Below are positions 36,820 to 47,006 of a stretch of DNA of 64,000 bases, piece after piece (the first letter of the stretch is position 1; each line of letters starts with the position of its first letter). Origin of the DNA: a virus; the IMG/VR virus record IMGVR_UViG_3300038366_000033, positions 14,378 through 78,377 of that record; one strand, 5' to 3'. The notes beneath the pieces are model-generated. The model was given only the letters and a program-made list of their open reading frames with translations, searched no databases and had not been told where the DNA came from. Made by a program: the position numbers and the translations under genes.

Positions 36820-37362
36820 CTAATCAAAAAATTCAGCAAGGCTGACCGAGGCCGCATTCTGTGATGACCTCATCCTCTTCCTCATTTTTCCGATAGCTTT
36901 TGTCACGGCAGGCTCCATGAAACTCCCTTCTTCCTTGTTGATTGGGGTGACCTCTAGTCTCCATGTGTCGTCGTAAATGCCTCTCATTTTTGCCCACTTG
37001 ATGAGCTCCCTGTTCGGATTGTCACTCCTGTCTGTGTAGTAGGCGTAATGCGATTTCTTCGAGTACTCGTGCCATGCAGCATAGTTCGTATTATCGTCGC
37101 TGTAGGCGTTTGCCGTTACCTCGTACCTGACACCGTCGGCCGTGTCTCCTTTCTTGTGAGCGTCTACGTTGTCGTGCAGGTCTCCCTCAAATCTGTCGAA
37201 CTTCCTGCGAACAGATTCTTTGATGGCGTCCTCAAGATCCTCTGCAAGCTCTTCGGCGGTCCGGTTCTCAATCCTAGAAGCGTTTTCGATAAACTGACCG
37301 GTGTTACCTTGGACCTTCCTTGTATTGCTCTTGAACTGTATGTTGAGGTTAGTTACTGCCAT
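36820..37362 (-). CDS. tail completion protein (HK97 gp10-like)
   Basis: GDLHDNV, YAAWHEY, FMEPAV. Confidence 0.7.
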   Translation of the reverse strand: MAVTNLNIQFKSNTRKVQGNTGQFIENASRIENRTAEELAEDLEDAIKESVRRKFDRFEGDLHDNVDAHKKGDTADGVRYEVTANAYSDDNTNYAAWHEYSKKSHYAYYTDRSDNPNRELIKWAKMRGIYDDTWRLEVTPINKEEGSFMEPAVTKAIGKMRKRMRSSQNAASVSLAEFFD

Positions 37363-37838
37363 TATACGTTAAACTCGAAACCTGCGGAAACGGTCGCAGT
37401 GTATTCATGGATTTTAAGGTCGGCTCGCTGTTGTGTCAGTACGCTCTTGGACGTATCCGTGACGCTGATGTTGTACAGTCGCACGCTCTTGAGATCAGTA
37501 TTGTTTCTCAGACACGCAACCGCTTTCTCCACAAACTTTGGTGGGTGTTCGGCACGGGTGTCGTAGACAGTGATGTCGATGCTCAATACCGACTCCGTAC
37601 GGCGGAACCCGATGATGCTCTCGTCGAACTCAGGTGTCATCAAGATGCCTATCGGGTATCGGTCCTCATCCTCAATGATTTCTCTGTCGGGATAGCTTCC
37701 TAGCCAGTAGTTGCCACTCTCTGTTTCATCCAGTTCAATAGTATCTCCTCCTAGGTTCTGGATGGTTCTAACATTCTCGTTCAGCACTCCGAATACCTCA
37801 CTGAACGTATCCGAAACCAAAGTGGCTTTCTGTACCAT
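37362..37838 (-). CDS. tail terminator-like protein
   Basis: YPIGILM...IDITVYD; position; start moved to ATG 37838. Confidence 0.6.
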   Translation of the reverse strand: MVQKATLVSDTFSEVFGVLNENVRTIQNLGGDTIELDETESGNYWLGSYPDREIIEDEDRYPIGILMTPEFDESIIGFRRTESVLSIDITVYDTRAEHPPKFVEKAVACLRNNTDLKSVRLYNISVTDTSKSVLTQQRADLKIHEYTATVSAGFEFNV

Positions 37839-37921
37839 AGTTGCTCTACCCGACACGGGTCAACTGAGAACCAGTCCACTCCGACACGGAGTCATCTGTC
37901 CTCTGATAAGAAGTCACGACT

Positions 37922-37937
37922 TTAGTCGCATTTATAA
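37922..37937 (-). promoter_or_regulatory. late promoter motif TTATAAATGCGACTAA (copy 1)
   Basis: identical 16-mer at 52049-52064. Confidence 0.75.
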
Positions 37938-37940
37938 GAA

Positions 37941-38261
37941 TTAACGTGTCTTGGTCCGTACAAGCTGAACCTTGTCACGGTTCAACGCGGTGTCGCCCTG
38001 GAAGCTGCCACGTACCTCAACCTCGTACTCTCCGAGAGGTAAATCTTCTGTAGTCTGCCAGTCGTACTTGAACTCGGTGTCGCTGATCTCGTCCATCTCT
38101 TCATTCTCCACGACGTCGCCAGAAGACAGATCTGTGATCTCAATATCGACATCATGGTCGCCGTTTGTGGCATCCGGCTCTATAATATTGCCTTCATCGT
38201 CTCTGAAAACCGTCTTGAATCGGGCCGTGTCACCAGCTTCATACTCTTTTATTATAGGCAT
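37941..38261 (-). CDS. Ig-like/BppU-like virion protein
   Basis: GDTARFKTVF...FKYDWQT..LPLGEYEVEV. Confidence 0.6.
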   Translation of the reverse strand: MPIIKEYEAGDTARFKTVFRDDEGNIIEPDATNGDHDVDIEITDLSSGDVVENEEMDEISDTEFKYDWQTTEDLPLGEYEVEVRGSFQGDTALNRDKVQLVRTKTR

Positions 38262-38287
38262 AGTTTGAACACGGGTTTAACTCGTTT

Positions 38288-41200
38288 TTAAGTTTTTTCC
38301 AGCCCAGCCTCAGAAACAGTCTCCTTGTCCAGTTCAGCCACGGCCTTTCTGACGGCGGAAAGATTCGTTATGGCCTTCTGCAGTTTGTCTATCTCGACCG
38401 TCTCTGCAAGATCCAAGGCTGGTTCGAACGATGTAACTACATCATCTATATTGAGAAGCTCCTGTCGCTGCTTGGCTATGAGAAGCCGTATGTTGTCGAC
38501 AAGGGTTATTGACTCTTGTACTGGTCGAAGCAATCTCTTACTGAATACATCTAGCGGCGAGATGCTCGCTGAAAGCCCACGTAACAACTTCGCCTCGGAA
38601 CGAACTTTATCAGAGGATAGTATAGCCTCTACAATTACTCGGGAAAGATCTACGGCTTCAGTATCATCAGGAATTATGGCCTCCGCTAATTCACGTAATA
38701 ACTCAGCCTCAGTTTCGACTGTGTCATCTAGCTTCGCTCTTTCTGTAAGAGGCTTGGCTATATTCTTTATATCCGAGTCAGCTAGGTCGAGTGTCGCTGA
38801 TAATCTGCGTAGAAGCTCTGCAACTGTTTCGACTCTATCTTCTACATCTACCTCCTCATTTCTCACAAGGTTTGTAAGGCTCTGTGTCTCATCTAAGGCA
38901 TTTACGTCCTCTAATACCTGTCTGGATAGAATCTTAGAGAAAACATCTTGGATAGATTGTGACTCAGATAGAACCCTCTGTAAAAAGAGTTCTTCTTGAT
39001 CTGAGAGAGTCACGGCTTCGGCGACAGACCTGAATAACGCATTACGAGAATCATCTGAAAGGACCACGGCTTGAGCCACGACTCTGAAAAGTTCTGCCTC
39101 AGTCTCCACATTATCCTCTGTAACAATATCTTGGCTTACAACCTTACCTATCTCCCTAACATCAGAGTCACCAATGTCAAGCGAGGCGGAAATATCTCTC
39201 AGTAATGTTGCAACAGTCTCAACTTTGTCTTCCGGTTGAATGCTTTCAGATTCTACCACACGGGCGGTCTTCGACACGCGGTCCTCTACGCGGAATGAGT
39301 CGTCTACAACAAGGTCAACAGACTTCCTCACGGTATCCGCAACATCAACTAATTCATCGAGACCTCTGAACAGGCTGGCTTGAGTCCTGACATCGTCTTG
39401 GAGCGCTGCCGCCTCAGAGAGAACTCTTAACAACTTTACATCGGCGTCATCAGAAGAAACTATGTCCTCTGCGAAGTTTCTGAACAACCGGGATTCGGAG
39501 GCGGCACTGTCTGACAGCACCTGTGTTTCCGACAGCGGTTTTGCCAACTGCTGTATATCAGAGTCATTCAAATTCATTGATGCTGTGAAAGCTCTGAGGA
39601 ACTCAGAGCTCGTCTCAACGTCGTCGCCTACATCACTCGTTTCAGATAAAAATCTCGATAGAAGGTTTCTCAAACTGTCGTCAGGCTTCACCGACTGTAG
39701 GATATTTCTCGAAACAAGCACTTTTTCTACATCTTGTACATTTACAGACTCTTCCAGGAACTTGATAACTGAAGTCGTGGCATCTATATCAGTAGGAGTC
39801 ACTTTCTCGGAGAAAGCTCTCAGAAGAGTCGCCTTCGCAGAAGCGTTGTCCTGAATATCTGACGATTCTATCAAACGTATGGCTCTTACAGAAAATGAAG
39901 ATATGCTGTCATTTATATTAGGAGCTTCTGTTAGCTGTCTAAATAGCTCTGACTCTGACGCCACATTATCCGAAAGAGGAACGCCTTCAAGAATGGATAG
40001 TGCGAGCTCAAATTCTTCAGAATCGTTCAAAACGATATCTTCAGATACAACTTTAAGCAGACGTGATGTCTGTGTATCAGACAGAGGGATGTTTTCCGAA
40101 ATATCTCTGAAAAGCTCTGACTCTCTATTTACTACATCATCAGTTGATGCTGACTCAGAAAGCTGTCTGAGAAGTCTTACCGACTCACTGTCTATCACAC
40201 TTGCTTGTTCAATAATACTTCTGAACAGTTCGGACGATGATGTGGCATTGGATGACGTAACAACAGACTGTATTTTCAGAATTGATACCGTCTTACTTAA
40301 AACATCGTCAAGAGATATGCTCTCTTTCTGGCTACGCTGTAAACTGGATACTGGTTGAACAGAGTCGTTTACAGACTCACTCTCCTGCACAACCTTTGAA
40401 AGAGACTTCCTGAAACTGTCCGAAGGATTTACGGACTCGCTTCGCTTAAGAGACGTAACAACGTTAGCCAAGTCATCCGTCTCAATTTGCTCGTTTCTAT
40501 CCCTGAAGAACTGTGCCTCTCTGACAGCGGTATCTTGGACAATAGGTGATTCTTCAAGCGGTTTTGAGATTTGTTTGATGTCTGCGTCACTCACAACAAG
40601 CGAGACATCAAGTGAACGTTTGAGGTCCGAGACGTTTTCAACTGTGTCAGACAAAGATTCAGCTTCTGTAAGCTCTCTTAAAACACTCTTATTGAAGTCG
40701 TCATTCACACTCACTGTCTGAGTTTTCACAGCTCTAAGAGACTTCTTTACGTCTGTATTAGGCACCACAACCTCATCAAAAATTCTTTCTAAGCTTGCGT
40801 CTTTATTAATTTGCGCAACGGCGTTGAGTGTTTCGCCGAAACTTCTGAACAACTTTGAAAGGGGTTCTAGCTGTTCTAGTAATGTAACTTGTTCGCTCCT
40901 GTCTCTCTTTAAATCTGCCTCGCTATTTATCAATATGTTGTTACTTAGGGATTCATTCTGTACTCTAAACAGGTCAGCGACATTATTAACTTGTGAATCG
41001 GTTACTAGGGCTTCACTTTGAGGTGATGAGAATAAGAATACAATTACATCATTAGGAATCACAGATTCAACTCTCTGTCTGAAGTATTCTGTGTCGCGGA
41101 CAAAAGAATCACTTGCTGGTAATGTTTCTTGGACATCCTTGGCAACCTGTTTTAAATCTGAGTCACTCACGGTAGTAGACGCAGTTTGAACGGCTTCGAC

Positions 41201-42160
41201 CTGTTTAGTCACTAGGTCTGGGAAGTTACCCGCACTGTACTCCGAAGTACCTCCGCTGAACTCTGAGACGAAGAACTTTCCGCCGGCTCTGACGTCTGTA
41301 GCATCACCGCTGAAAGTAAATCCGGCCGGCTCCGATTCATCAAGTGAGAAGTTTGTAACAGGGTCAAAGGAGACAGATGTTCCAAAGTCAAAAGAGCTAT
41401 TGAATTTATAGGCATAGGCGGTTGCACTGTTTCGTCCTGTGATAAACATTCTTTTCCCATTCGGACTGAAAGCCACACCTCTGGGGTTTGAATCAGCTCT
41501 GTCAACGGAGAAGCTCTGACTAAATGAGGCTGTTGACAGATCAAATGCCGTGTTGAGAGAAAATTTTGACACGGACTGATTATCTTCATTTATCAAAAAC
41601 AATGTGTTCCCGCCGTTGGCAAACTCTAAATCAGCAAACCTTGTATTCTCCCCTAGAGTTGTCTGAAATGTAGGATTACCAATATCAAATGGCGTAGCTA
41701 GATTATACTCAGCAACGTTTACACCTACCGAATCAACTATAAATAGTTTGTTTCCGGAGTCACCAAACTCTGCTGCACCAGCTCTGTCAAGGTCTGTAGC
41801 AGTAAAAGTCTTCTGGTTGCTGGCGGTGGAAACATCAAAAGGCGTTGACAAAGTATATTGATATAGTGTATCTGTGTCAGAATCTCCTCCTATAAGCACT
41901 GTACCGTCGTCGCTAAATCCGACCCCGCTGTCAATATTTAAGCTACTTATGGAGTTTCTTGACGCACCGTCAAGCCTGAAGGGTGCATCTGCGTTTGCGA
42001 TGTCTACAGCTTCAGTTAAAACCTGGCTAATAGTCTTGGCGGAGGCAATGTTGTCAACAAATGAGACAGACTCGTTTACTGACGCAGTTATAACGCTAGA
42101 GAGGTCATCGCTAGAGAGGTCAAACTGTCTTTCATCATATTGAGCAGAATCAAAAAGCAA
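38288..42160 (-). CDS. long fibre protein: beta-propeller + about 19-21-aa repeats
   Basis: YxLxTPFDxSTA blades; serial ES...SD....LxR repeats; TTG start. Confidence 0.75.
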   Translation of the reverse strand: MLFDSAQYDERQFDLSSDDLSSVITASVNESVSFVDNIASAKTISQVLTEAVDIANADAPFRLDGASRNSISSLNIDSGVGFSDDGTVLIGGDSDTDTLYQYTLSTPFDVSTASNQKTFTATDLDRAGAAEFGDSGNKLFIVDSVGVNVAEYNLATPFDIGNPTFQTTLGENTRFADLEFANGGNTLFLINEDNQSVSKFSLNTAFDLSTASFSQSFSVDRADSNPRGVAFSPNGKRMFITGRNSATAYAYKFNSSFDFGTSVSFDPVTNFSLDESEPAGFTFSGDATDVRAGGKFFVSEFSGGTSEYSAGNFPDLVTKQVEAVQTASTTVSDSDLKQVAKDVQETLPASDSFVRDTEYFRQRVESVIPNDVIVFLFSSPQSEALVTDSQVNNVADLFRVQNESLSNNILINSEADLKRDRSEQVTLLEQLEPLSKLFRSFGETLNAVAQINKDASLERIFDEVVVPNTDVKKSLRAVKTQTVSVNDDFNKSVLRELTEAESLSDTVENVSDLKRSLDVSLVVSDADIKQISKPLEESPIVQDTAVREAQFFRDRNEQIETDDLANVVTSLKRSESVNPSDSFRKSLSKVVQESESVNDSVQPVSSLQRSQKESISLDDVLSKTVSILKIQSVVTSSNATSSSELFRSIIEQASVIDSESVRLLRQLSESASTDDVVNRESELFRDISENIPLSDTQTSRLLKVVSEDIVLNDSEEFELALSILEGVPLSDNVASESELFRQLTEAPNINDSISSFSVRAIRLIESSDIQDNASAKATLLRAFSEKVTPTDIDATTSVIKFLEESVNVQDVEKVLVSRNILQSVKPDDSLRNLLSRFLSETSDVGDDVETSSEFLRAFTASMNLNDSDIQQLAKPLSETQVLSDSAASESRLFRNFAEDIVSSDDADVKLLRVLSEAAALQDDVRTQASLFRGLDELVDVADTVRKSVDLVVDDSFRVEDRVSKTARVVESESIQPEDKVETVATLLRDISASLDIGDSDVREIGKVVSQDIVTEDNVETEAELFRVVAQAVVLSDDSRNALFRSVAEAVTLSDQEELFLQRVLSESQSIQDVFSKILSRQVLEDVNALDETQSLTNLVRNEEVDVEDRVETVAELLRRLSATLDLADSDIKNIAKPLTERAKLDDTVETEAELLRELAEAIIPDDTEAVDLSRVIVEAILSSDKVRSEAKLLRGLSASISPLDVFSKRLLRPVQESITLVDNIRLLIAKQRQELLNIDDVVTSFEPALDLAETVEIDKLQKAITNLSAVRKAVAELDKETVSEAGLEKT

Positions 42161-42163
42161 AGA

Positions 42164-44068
42164 TCAATCCACCTTTTCAATAGTAACATTTGCATTTAGC
42201 ACATCTGTTTCTCTACCTCCCTTTTCCTCGTTAGAAAATACCTCCAGACTATCGTTTTTACTCAGGTCTAATATGTGGGTGTTTCCAACGCCGTTCTGGT
42301 CTCCCGTTCTATCATTCCTAATGTAACACCTACACTCCGTCTCAGGTGTAAGGTTGTTAGAATTTACTCTAACAAACGATTTCATTATCTGTCTTCCTCC
42401 TCCTCCAATCTGTTTAAAATTGGTTGTATAACTTATTCTATATCTTCCTGCTTCGTTCACCGTTATTTTAGAGTCAGAGTTTTTTGTGAAGGGAGAGTCA
42501 TTCTGCTCAACATTCTTGAATATATTTACAGCCACACCATTTTCTGCTCCTCCCTGCTGATTATTCAAATTTGATACGAATATGTCGCTAGAAGTGTTTA
42601 ACGAATTTATCTCATTTTCTAAAGAGTTTATCTCAGTAACTAACGGGTCATAAGTTCCCTTAGTCCATCTATTAGCAATTGCCGTTCCATCACTAAAACT
42701 TTGAGCTGTTGTGTCTTCTTGACCACGAAATACGCTCTTGAGAGTGTTTCCGCTTTTTTCATTGACACTAACAATCTCTCTCTTGTTGCCTTCTTCTAAA
42801 CTTGCTAGAAACGGAGGACTCGGAAAAACAGATGCGTCTTTTACATCAATACTATCACTATTGGTTGAGATAGAACCGTTTAAACTGGTCTCTGCTCTAT
42901 TGTCTACGTTTACAAATCCTGAAAGTCTTTTCTTTTCCGTAGAAGCATTCAAGGTTAAAGAAAAACTTGTGGTACTTGCAATATCTTTTGTTGCTGTGAA
43001 TTGCTCTCCACTCCAACTAAAGAAAACCTTTCCTCCCTTGTCAGAGGCATCAAATCTACCTAAGATTTTATTTGGTGTTGTCTTAGAATCCATAACCGAC
43101 ACTTCATCAACGATACCATTGAAGTGGTCACCATTCACACCATTAGCACTTCCTCGTCCAATATTTAATTCAAGTCCTGATAAATCCAGGCTTCCACCCG
43201 TTCCTTGGCTTTTATTAGTAGTTGTGCTTTGCTCGACTCCATCAACAAATAATCTGACTCCTTGTGGTCCATTTCCTTTAGACGTATCTCTTATTGCATC
43301 TATCTTATGTATTCCAGAAGAAAGCGTATTAGTTGTTGCTACTTGGGTGGTGCTTGCGTTTGAATCTGTAAATCTTAATCTAAAATTACTTGCACCAAAA
43401 TCTATATAGGCGTGAGGATTACCGTTAAACGAGCCTCCTGACGGCCCTACAACCGTTCCACTTGGTGAACCACCAATATCTACCCATGCCGATATGGTAA
43501 AATTAGATGTGTTTGGCATAACATCACCAAAATCAATAAAGTCGTCAATTCCGTCAAAGTCATATCCGTCCTCAAAAACAGCAGATACAAGGTCAGGTCC
43601 GTCTATTGTACCGTCATTGTTATTATTTGTAGAATCATTTGCATCTCCATTAAGATGAACTTTGGTTACGAAACTATCTGTTGAACTAGCCCAAGGATTA
43701 TTCCCAACGCCTCCTGTTGCATAATTAGTTCCGTCACCTGAACCTAAACCGATTACAATTTGGTCGTTACTATTCGAGTTCCAAGCCCCATAGACCCAAA
43801 TCCATGCCTCTTGATTGGTGTCGTCAAAATATCCAAATTCATAATCCCTTGTAGTATCTTGGTCACCTTCAGTTATTACAAGTTCAGACCTTGAGTTAAT
43901 ATCATTGGTAAAAGCTGCATCTCCGTTGCCAGAATTTGTTGAGCTGTTTCCCCAAGTCACCTTAACAGGGACTACAAGATTTAATCCTGTAAAACTTGTA
44001 CCATCGCTTAAGCTGTTTATTGAACCAGCTTGCCTCTTATCCCAGTCATTTATGTCTACTGTCGCCAT
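42164..44068 (-). CDS. virion adhesin: DUF2341-like + LamG + C1q-like domains
   Basis: GYDFDGIDDFI, FTISAWV, LFVDGV, FNGIVDEV; ITVNEAGRYRISY. Confidence 0.75.
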   Translation of the reverse strand: MATVDINDWDKRQAGSINSLSDGTSFTGLNLVVPVKVTWGNSSTNSGNGDAAFTNDINSRSELVITEGDQDTTRDYEFGYFDDTNQEAWIWVYGAWNSNSNDQIVIGLGSGDGTNYATGGVGNNPWASSTDSFVTKVHLNGDANDSTNNNNDGTIDGPDLVSAVFEDGYDFDGIDDFIDFGDVMPNTSNFTISAWVDIGGSPSGTVVGPSGGSFNGNPHAYIDFGASNFRLRFTDSNASTTQVATTNTLSSGIHKIDAIRDTSKGNGPQGVRLFVDGVEQSTTTNKSQGTGGSLDLSGLELNIGRGSANGVNGDHFNGIVDEVSVMDSKTTPNKILGRFDASDKGGKVFFSWSGEQFTATKDIASTTSFSLTLNASTEKKRLSGFVNVDNRAETSLNGSISTNSDSIDVKDASVFPSPPFLASLEEGNKREIVSVNEKSGNTLKSVFRGQEDTTAQSFSDGTAIANRWTKGTYDPLVTEINSLENEINSLNTSSDIFVSNLNNQQGGAENGVAVNIFKNVEQNDSPFTKNSDSKITVNEAGRYRISYTTNFKQIGGGGRQIMKSFVRVNSNNLTPETECRCYIRNDRTGDQNGVGNTHILDLSKNDSLEVFSNEEKGGRETDVLNANVTIEKVD

Positions 44069-44077
44069 TCAAATACC

Positions 44078-44431
44078 TCATAAAGTCCAGACATTTCCTA
44101 AACTACATGGTTTACTTTCATCAGAACCATGTTTACAATCATGAATCCTTAATCTTGCCTGTTCAAAAGCTGACGAATTGTTTTGAATGTAGTTTTTAAT
44201 CCAGTCAAATAAGTTATTTCCGTCCTTTGCCAATCCACATTCAACTACAACTCCGAGAGTATAAACTGTTTTTATCTCTCCATCACTTACAGTCTTAGAA
44301 CCTGTATTAACATTTCTTTCATTTATTTCATAGTTGCCACTATCGAGCTGATTCTTAATGTCTGTTTGTTTTGAGTCAGCAGTAGTAGAATCAACAAGCT
44401 CGCTGTCAAGCTGTACAACTCTATGAGCCAT
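44078..44431 (-). CDS. hypothetical protein
   Basis: GAGGT RBS; HDCKH...C. Confidence 0.6.
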   Translation of the reverse strand: MAHRVVQLDSELVDSTTADSKQTDIKNQLDSGNYEINERNVNTGSKTVSDGEIKTVYTLGVVVECGLAKDGNNLFDWIKNYIQNNSSAFEQARLRIHDCKHGSDESKPCSLGNVWTL

Positions 44432-44465
44432 TTTTTAATTACCTCCTCTTAAGCAAAAAAGGGTT

Positions 44466-44897
44466 TTAATCCTGGCTTCCTCCAATATTTGATACCTCCA
44501 ATGTATTTATCTGACTTAAATCTCGTGACTGACTCAAAGCACCGTTAAAGAATAGGTGGTCAGTATTACTTGAGTCACCTGTCTCATCAGAGGTAAAGTT
44601 CACGACTGTAAAGTAAGCATCTACAGTCTGAGAGTTTCCTGATACATCAAAAGTCTGAGTCGGGAACGTAATCACAGCATCAGTACCCGAGGTATCAACA
44701 GTAAGATTTGCAGCAGACTCACTCTGCCTAGCATAAGTATTAGCAGTATTCGGTTCTGAAGTAATCGCAGCCAAATCACTTGAATCAGTAAGGCTGTCAG
44801 TAGAGTCATTATACAATCCTACATCAAAAGATTTACCGCTTGTTTTAATCAAGTCAACTACAAATTCTTCGCCTGTTTCAACCAAGTTAAAAGCCAT
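44466..44897 (-). CDS. virion structural protein (fibre-associated)
   Basis: VGLYNDS...ITSEP...YARQ pattern. Confidence 0.6.
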   Translation of the reverse strand: MAFNLVETGEEFVVDLIKTSGKSFDVGLYNDSTDSLTDSSDLAAITSEPNTANTYARQSESAANLTVDTSGTDAVITFPTQTFDVSGNSQTVDAYFTVVNFTSDETGDSSNTDHLFFNGALSQSRDLSQINTLEVSNIGGSQD

Positions 44898-44945
44898 TTT
44901 TCAAAACCCGTTATAGTATGTATGGGTTACTTTCACATAAAAAAC

Positions 44946-45635
44946 TTACTGAGGGTCGTCCTCCTCAGCATCCGCCACAATCTGAGCAAACTCAGTCAAA
45001 TCAGTCTTCCTGTAATGACTGCAAACATACTCCGCAGACACATACACATCCACGCCTTTCTCACGTAGCTTCTGGGCGAAATAAAAGTCCTCTCCGAGCT
45101 TTAATGTACCGTCCTCGTTGTACATGAACTTGAACCATGGAGGCTGCATCTCCTCGAAAATACTTCTATGCACCAATAAACAACCTGTGCCAACTCCGTC
45201 GACCCCGATCAGACCATCCTCGGTCACTTCATCGTTGAACTCGTCGAGGCTGATGCGTCGAAGCTGTCCATCATCGCGTTCTTTAACAATAACTGGATGC
45301 GGCACACCCTCTTTCTTGATAGTTACAGTACCAGAAACAACTTTCTCCCCGTGGTCGACCATCTTCAGGATGTCGCCAGGAGGCACAACATCGTTGTCAA
45401 TCATCAGCATCCACTCATTGTCCTCGTCATCAAGAAAGTCTTTCACCATCTTGTTGCGGTTAGCATCAACCGGTTGAAGGTAATTGAAAGAAACTTTCAA
45501 GTTGTAGTCGCCGGACTCGGGCATGTTCTCCGAGCCGACCTTGTGTATAAAGTTTGCAAGCTCTGCGTTGATTTGTGAAGCCGCAGAACGGTTTGGAATA
45601 GCTAAAACTATGTTCTTTGTTTCGTCGTCCGTCAT
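44946..45635 (-). CDS. GT-A fold glycosyltransferase
   Basis: ANRNKMV, LMIDNDV (DxD), GVGTGCLLVHR, GEDFYF, CSH. Confidence 0.85.
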   Translation of the reverse strand: MTDDETKNIVLAIPNRSAASQINAELANFIHKVGSENMPESGDYNLKVSFNYLQPVDANRNKMVKDFLDDEDNEWMLMIDNDVVPPGDILKMVDHGEKVVSGTVTIKKEGVPHPVIVKERDDGQLRRISLDEFNDEVTEDGLIGVDGVGTGCLLVHRSIFEEMQPPWFKFMYNEDGTLKLGEDFYFAQKLREKGVDVYVSAEYVCSHYRKTDLTEFAQIVADAEEDDPQ

Positions 45636-45683
45636 TGTAGTATACACTCTTTCGAAAAAATGTAAATAGTTTACGTAATCACT

Positions 45684-46028
45684 TTACTGGATTTCTACAT
45701 CCCATGTAATCTCCAATGTGTCGCTCGTCTGAACGTTGACAGTTGAAATAACCTGTCTAGCTAGAAGGTCGTCACTGACGCTTTCGAAAGCAGTAGCTTC
45801 CCTGACAGTCGCTGAATTACCTGTAAAGGTTCCGACTAAAGTCAGTGTGCTGCCGCTTACCGATGCGGTTAGACCTGTTGCAGTATCAACTGTGGTGCCT
45901 AGGCTTCCGTCGCCGTCTGAGAACGCTGTAGAATCTGAACCGATTCCAACTCCGTCGTAACGATTTCCTCCTGTCCCAGCTCCTATCAGCTTTGCAACGT
46001 TGTTTCGAGCTTCGCTTGGTACTCCCAT
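45684..46028 (-). CDS. virion structural protein
   Basis: GIGSDSTAF, VREA, LLARQV, DTLEITW. Confidence 0.6.
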   Translation of the reverse strand: MGVPSEARNNVAKLIGAGTGGNRYDGVGIGSDSTAFSDGDGSLGTTVDTATGLTASVSGSTLTLVGTFTGNSATVREATAFESVSDDLLARQVISTVNVQTSDTLEITWDVEIQ

Positions 46029-46055
46029 ATCTAATTTTTCACCTCGTAGTATTGT

Positions 46056-46268
46056 TTAAATCTTAAATTCCTGTGACTCTACCTGCTTCTCATTACCGTC
46101 CTCATCAATCACACGGGCTGTTATCTCTCCCTCCATGTTCACATCCTGAAGCAGTCCTGAGGGGGTGTCGCCGTCTTCAAGCTTGTTGTGAAGCTTTTCT
46201 AGCAGTTCTATCTTATCCTTTTTTGGCTTCTCTTCAAAGTTGTCGAAATCTATGTCTTCTTCTGTCAT
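46056..46268 (-). CDS. hypothetical protein
   Basis: coupled ORF. Confidence 0.55.
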   Translation of the reverse strand: MTEEDIDFDNFEEKPKKDKIELLEKLHNKLEDGDTPSGLLQDVNMEGEITARVIDEDGNEKQVESQEFKI

Positions 46269-46603
46269 TTTCTTGATGCACCTACCTCGATGTGTCCTTC
46301 ACCGGCTACGGCGTATCTCTGGACATCTTGGATTCTGTATTCCTTATCTTGGAAGACTAGGATGTTACCTTCTTCGATGTTTTCGAACCCTGCGGGTATG
46401 TACGCACGCAGATCTCCGGAATCAAAGTTACCCTCTGTGACCTCCTCTCTTTCGTCGGAAAGGAGCTCAAATACTCCTGTAATCTTCTTTTCAGTTACGG
46501 ATTCGTCCGCGTCACCGTATCTGTTAATATCGCTTTTCTCAACGACTTTGAGGGTCGCCCTCTCTTCGCCGGTAGACTTAACTATATCGTCTATATAGCT
46601 CAT
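46265..46603 (-). CDS. head closure/stopper protein
   Basis: NRYG, IEEGNILVFQDKEYRIQDV; position. Confidence 0.7.
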   Translation of the reverse strand: MSYIDDIVKSTGEERATLKVVEKSDINRYGDADESVTEKKITGVFELLSDEREEVTEGNFDSGDLRAYIPAGFENIEEGNILVFQDKEYRIQDVQRYAVAGEGHIEVGASRK

Positions 46604-46637
46604 AAATTAATCTCACATTAAAAGATTTTCACTGCCG

Positions 46638-47006
46638 TCAGTAATAACTTGCGCTATCACAGGCAGAAATTAAGATATTCTGTGATTTTCCCTTACTGTC
46701 AAAATCGTCGTTCAAAAGACCTTCGGAGTATGCTTCACGTCGAGCCTTATTCCTGAAGTATGATTTGTGTACCTCAATGAACAGCTTTGGTAAGACCTGC
46801 GCTATAAATATACCAGCCGCCACGGCCGGAAGCTGTCCTGCAGGAACCTCTGTCAGAAAACTCGTCACTGCGGTTGCGGATGCACTTGATAGTATAGATA
46901 CAACTGTGTTCAAGACTATGCCTTTATAATCTATTTGATATCTCTTACGAGCCTGTTTGAGCGCCTCTTTTTTCTTCTGTTCGCTAATAGACGCCACCTC
47001 CTCCAT
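46638..47006 (-). CDS. 2-TM membrane protein (holin-like candidate)
   Basis: two hydrophobic helices, charged termini. Confidence 0.5.
   Translation of the reverse strand: MEEVASISEQKKKEALKQARKRYQIDYKGIVLNTVVSILSSASATAVTSFLTEVPAGQLPAVAAGIFIAQVLPKLFIEVHKSYFRNKARREAYSEGLLNDDFDSKGKSQNILISACDSASYY

Noticed and set aside
26508-44068. Diversity-generating retroelement targeting the adhesins
   Set aside because: No reverse transcriptase in the window and no template/variable repeat pair noticed.
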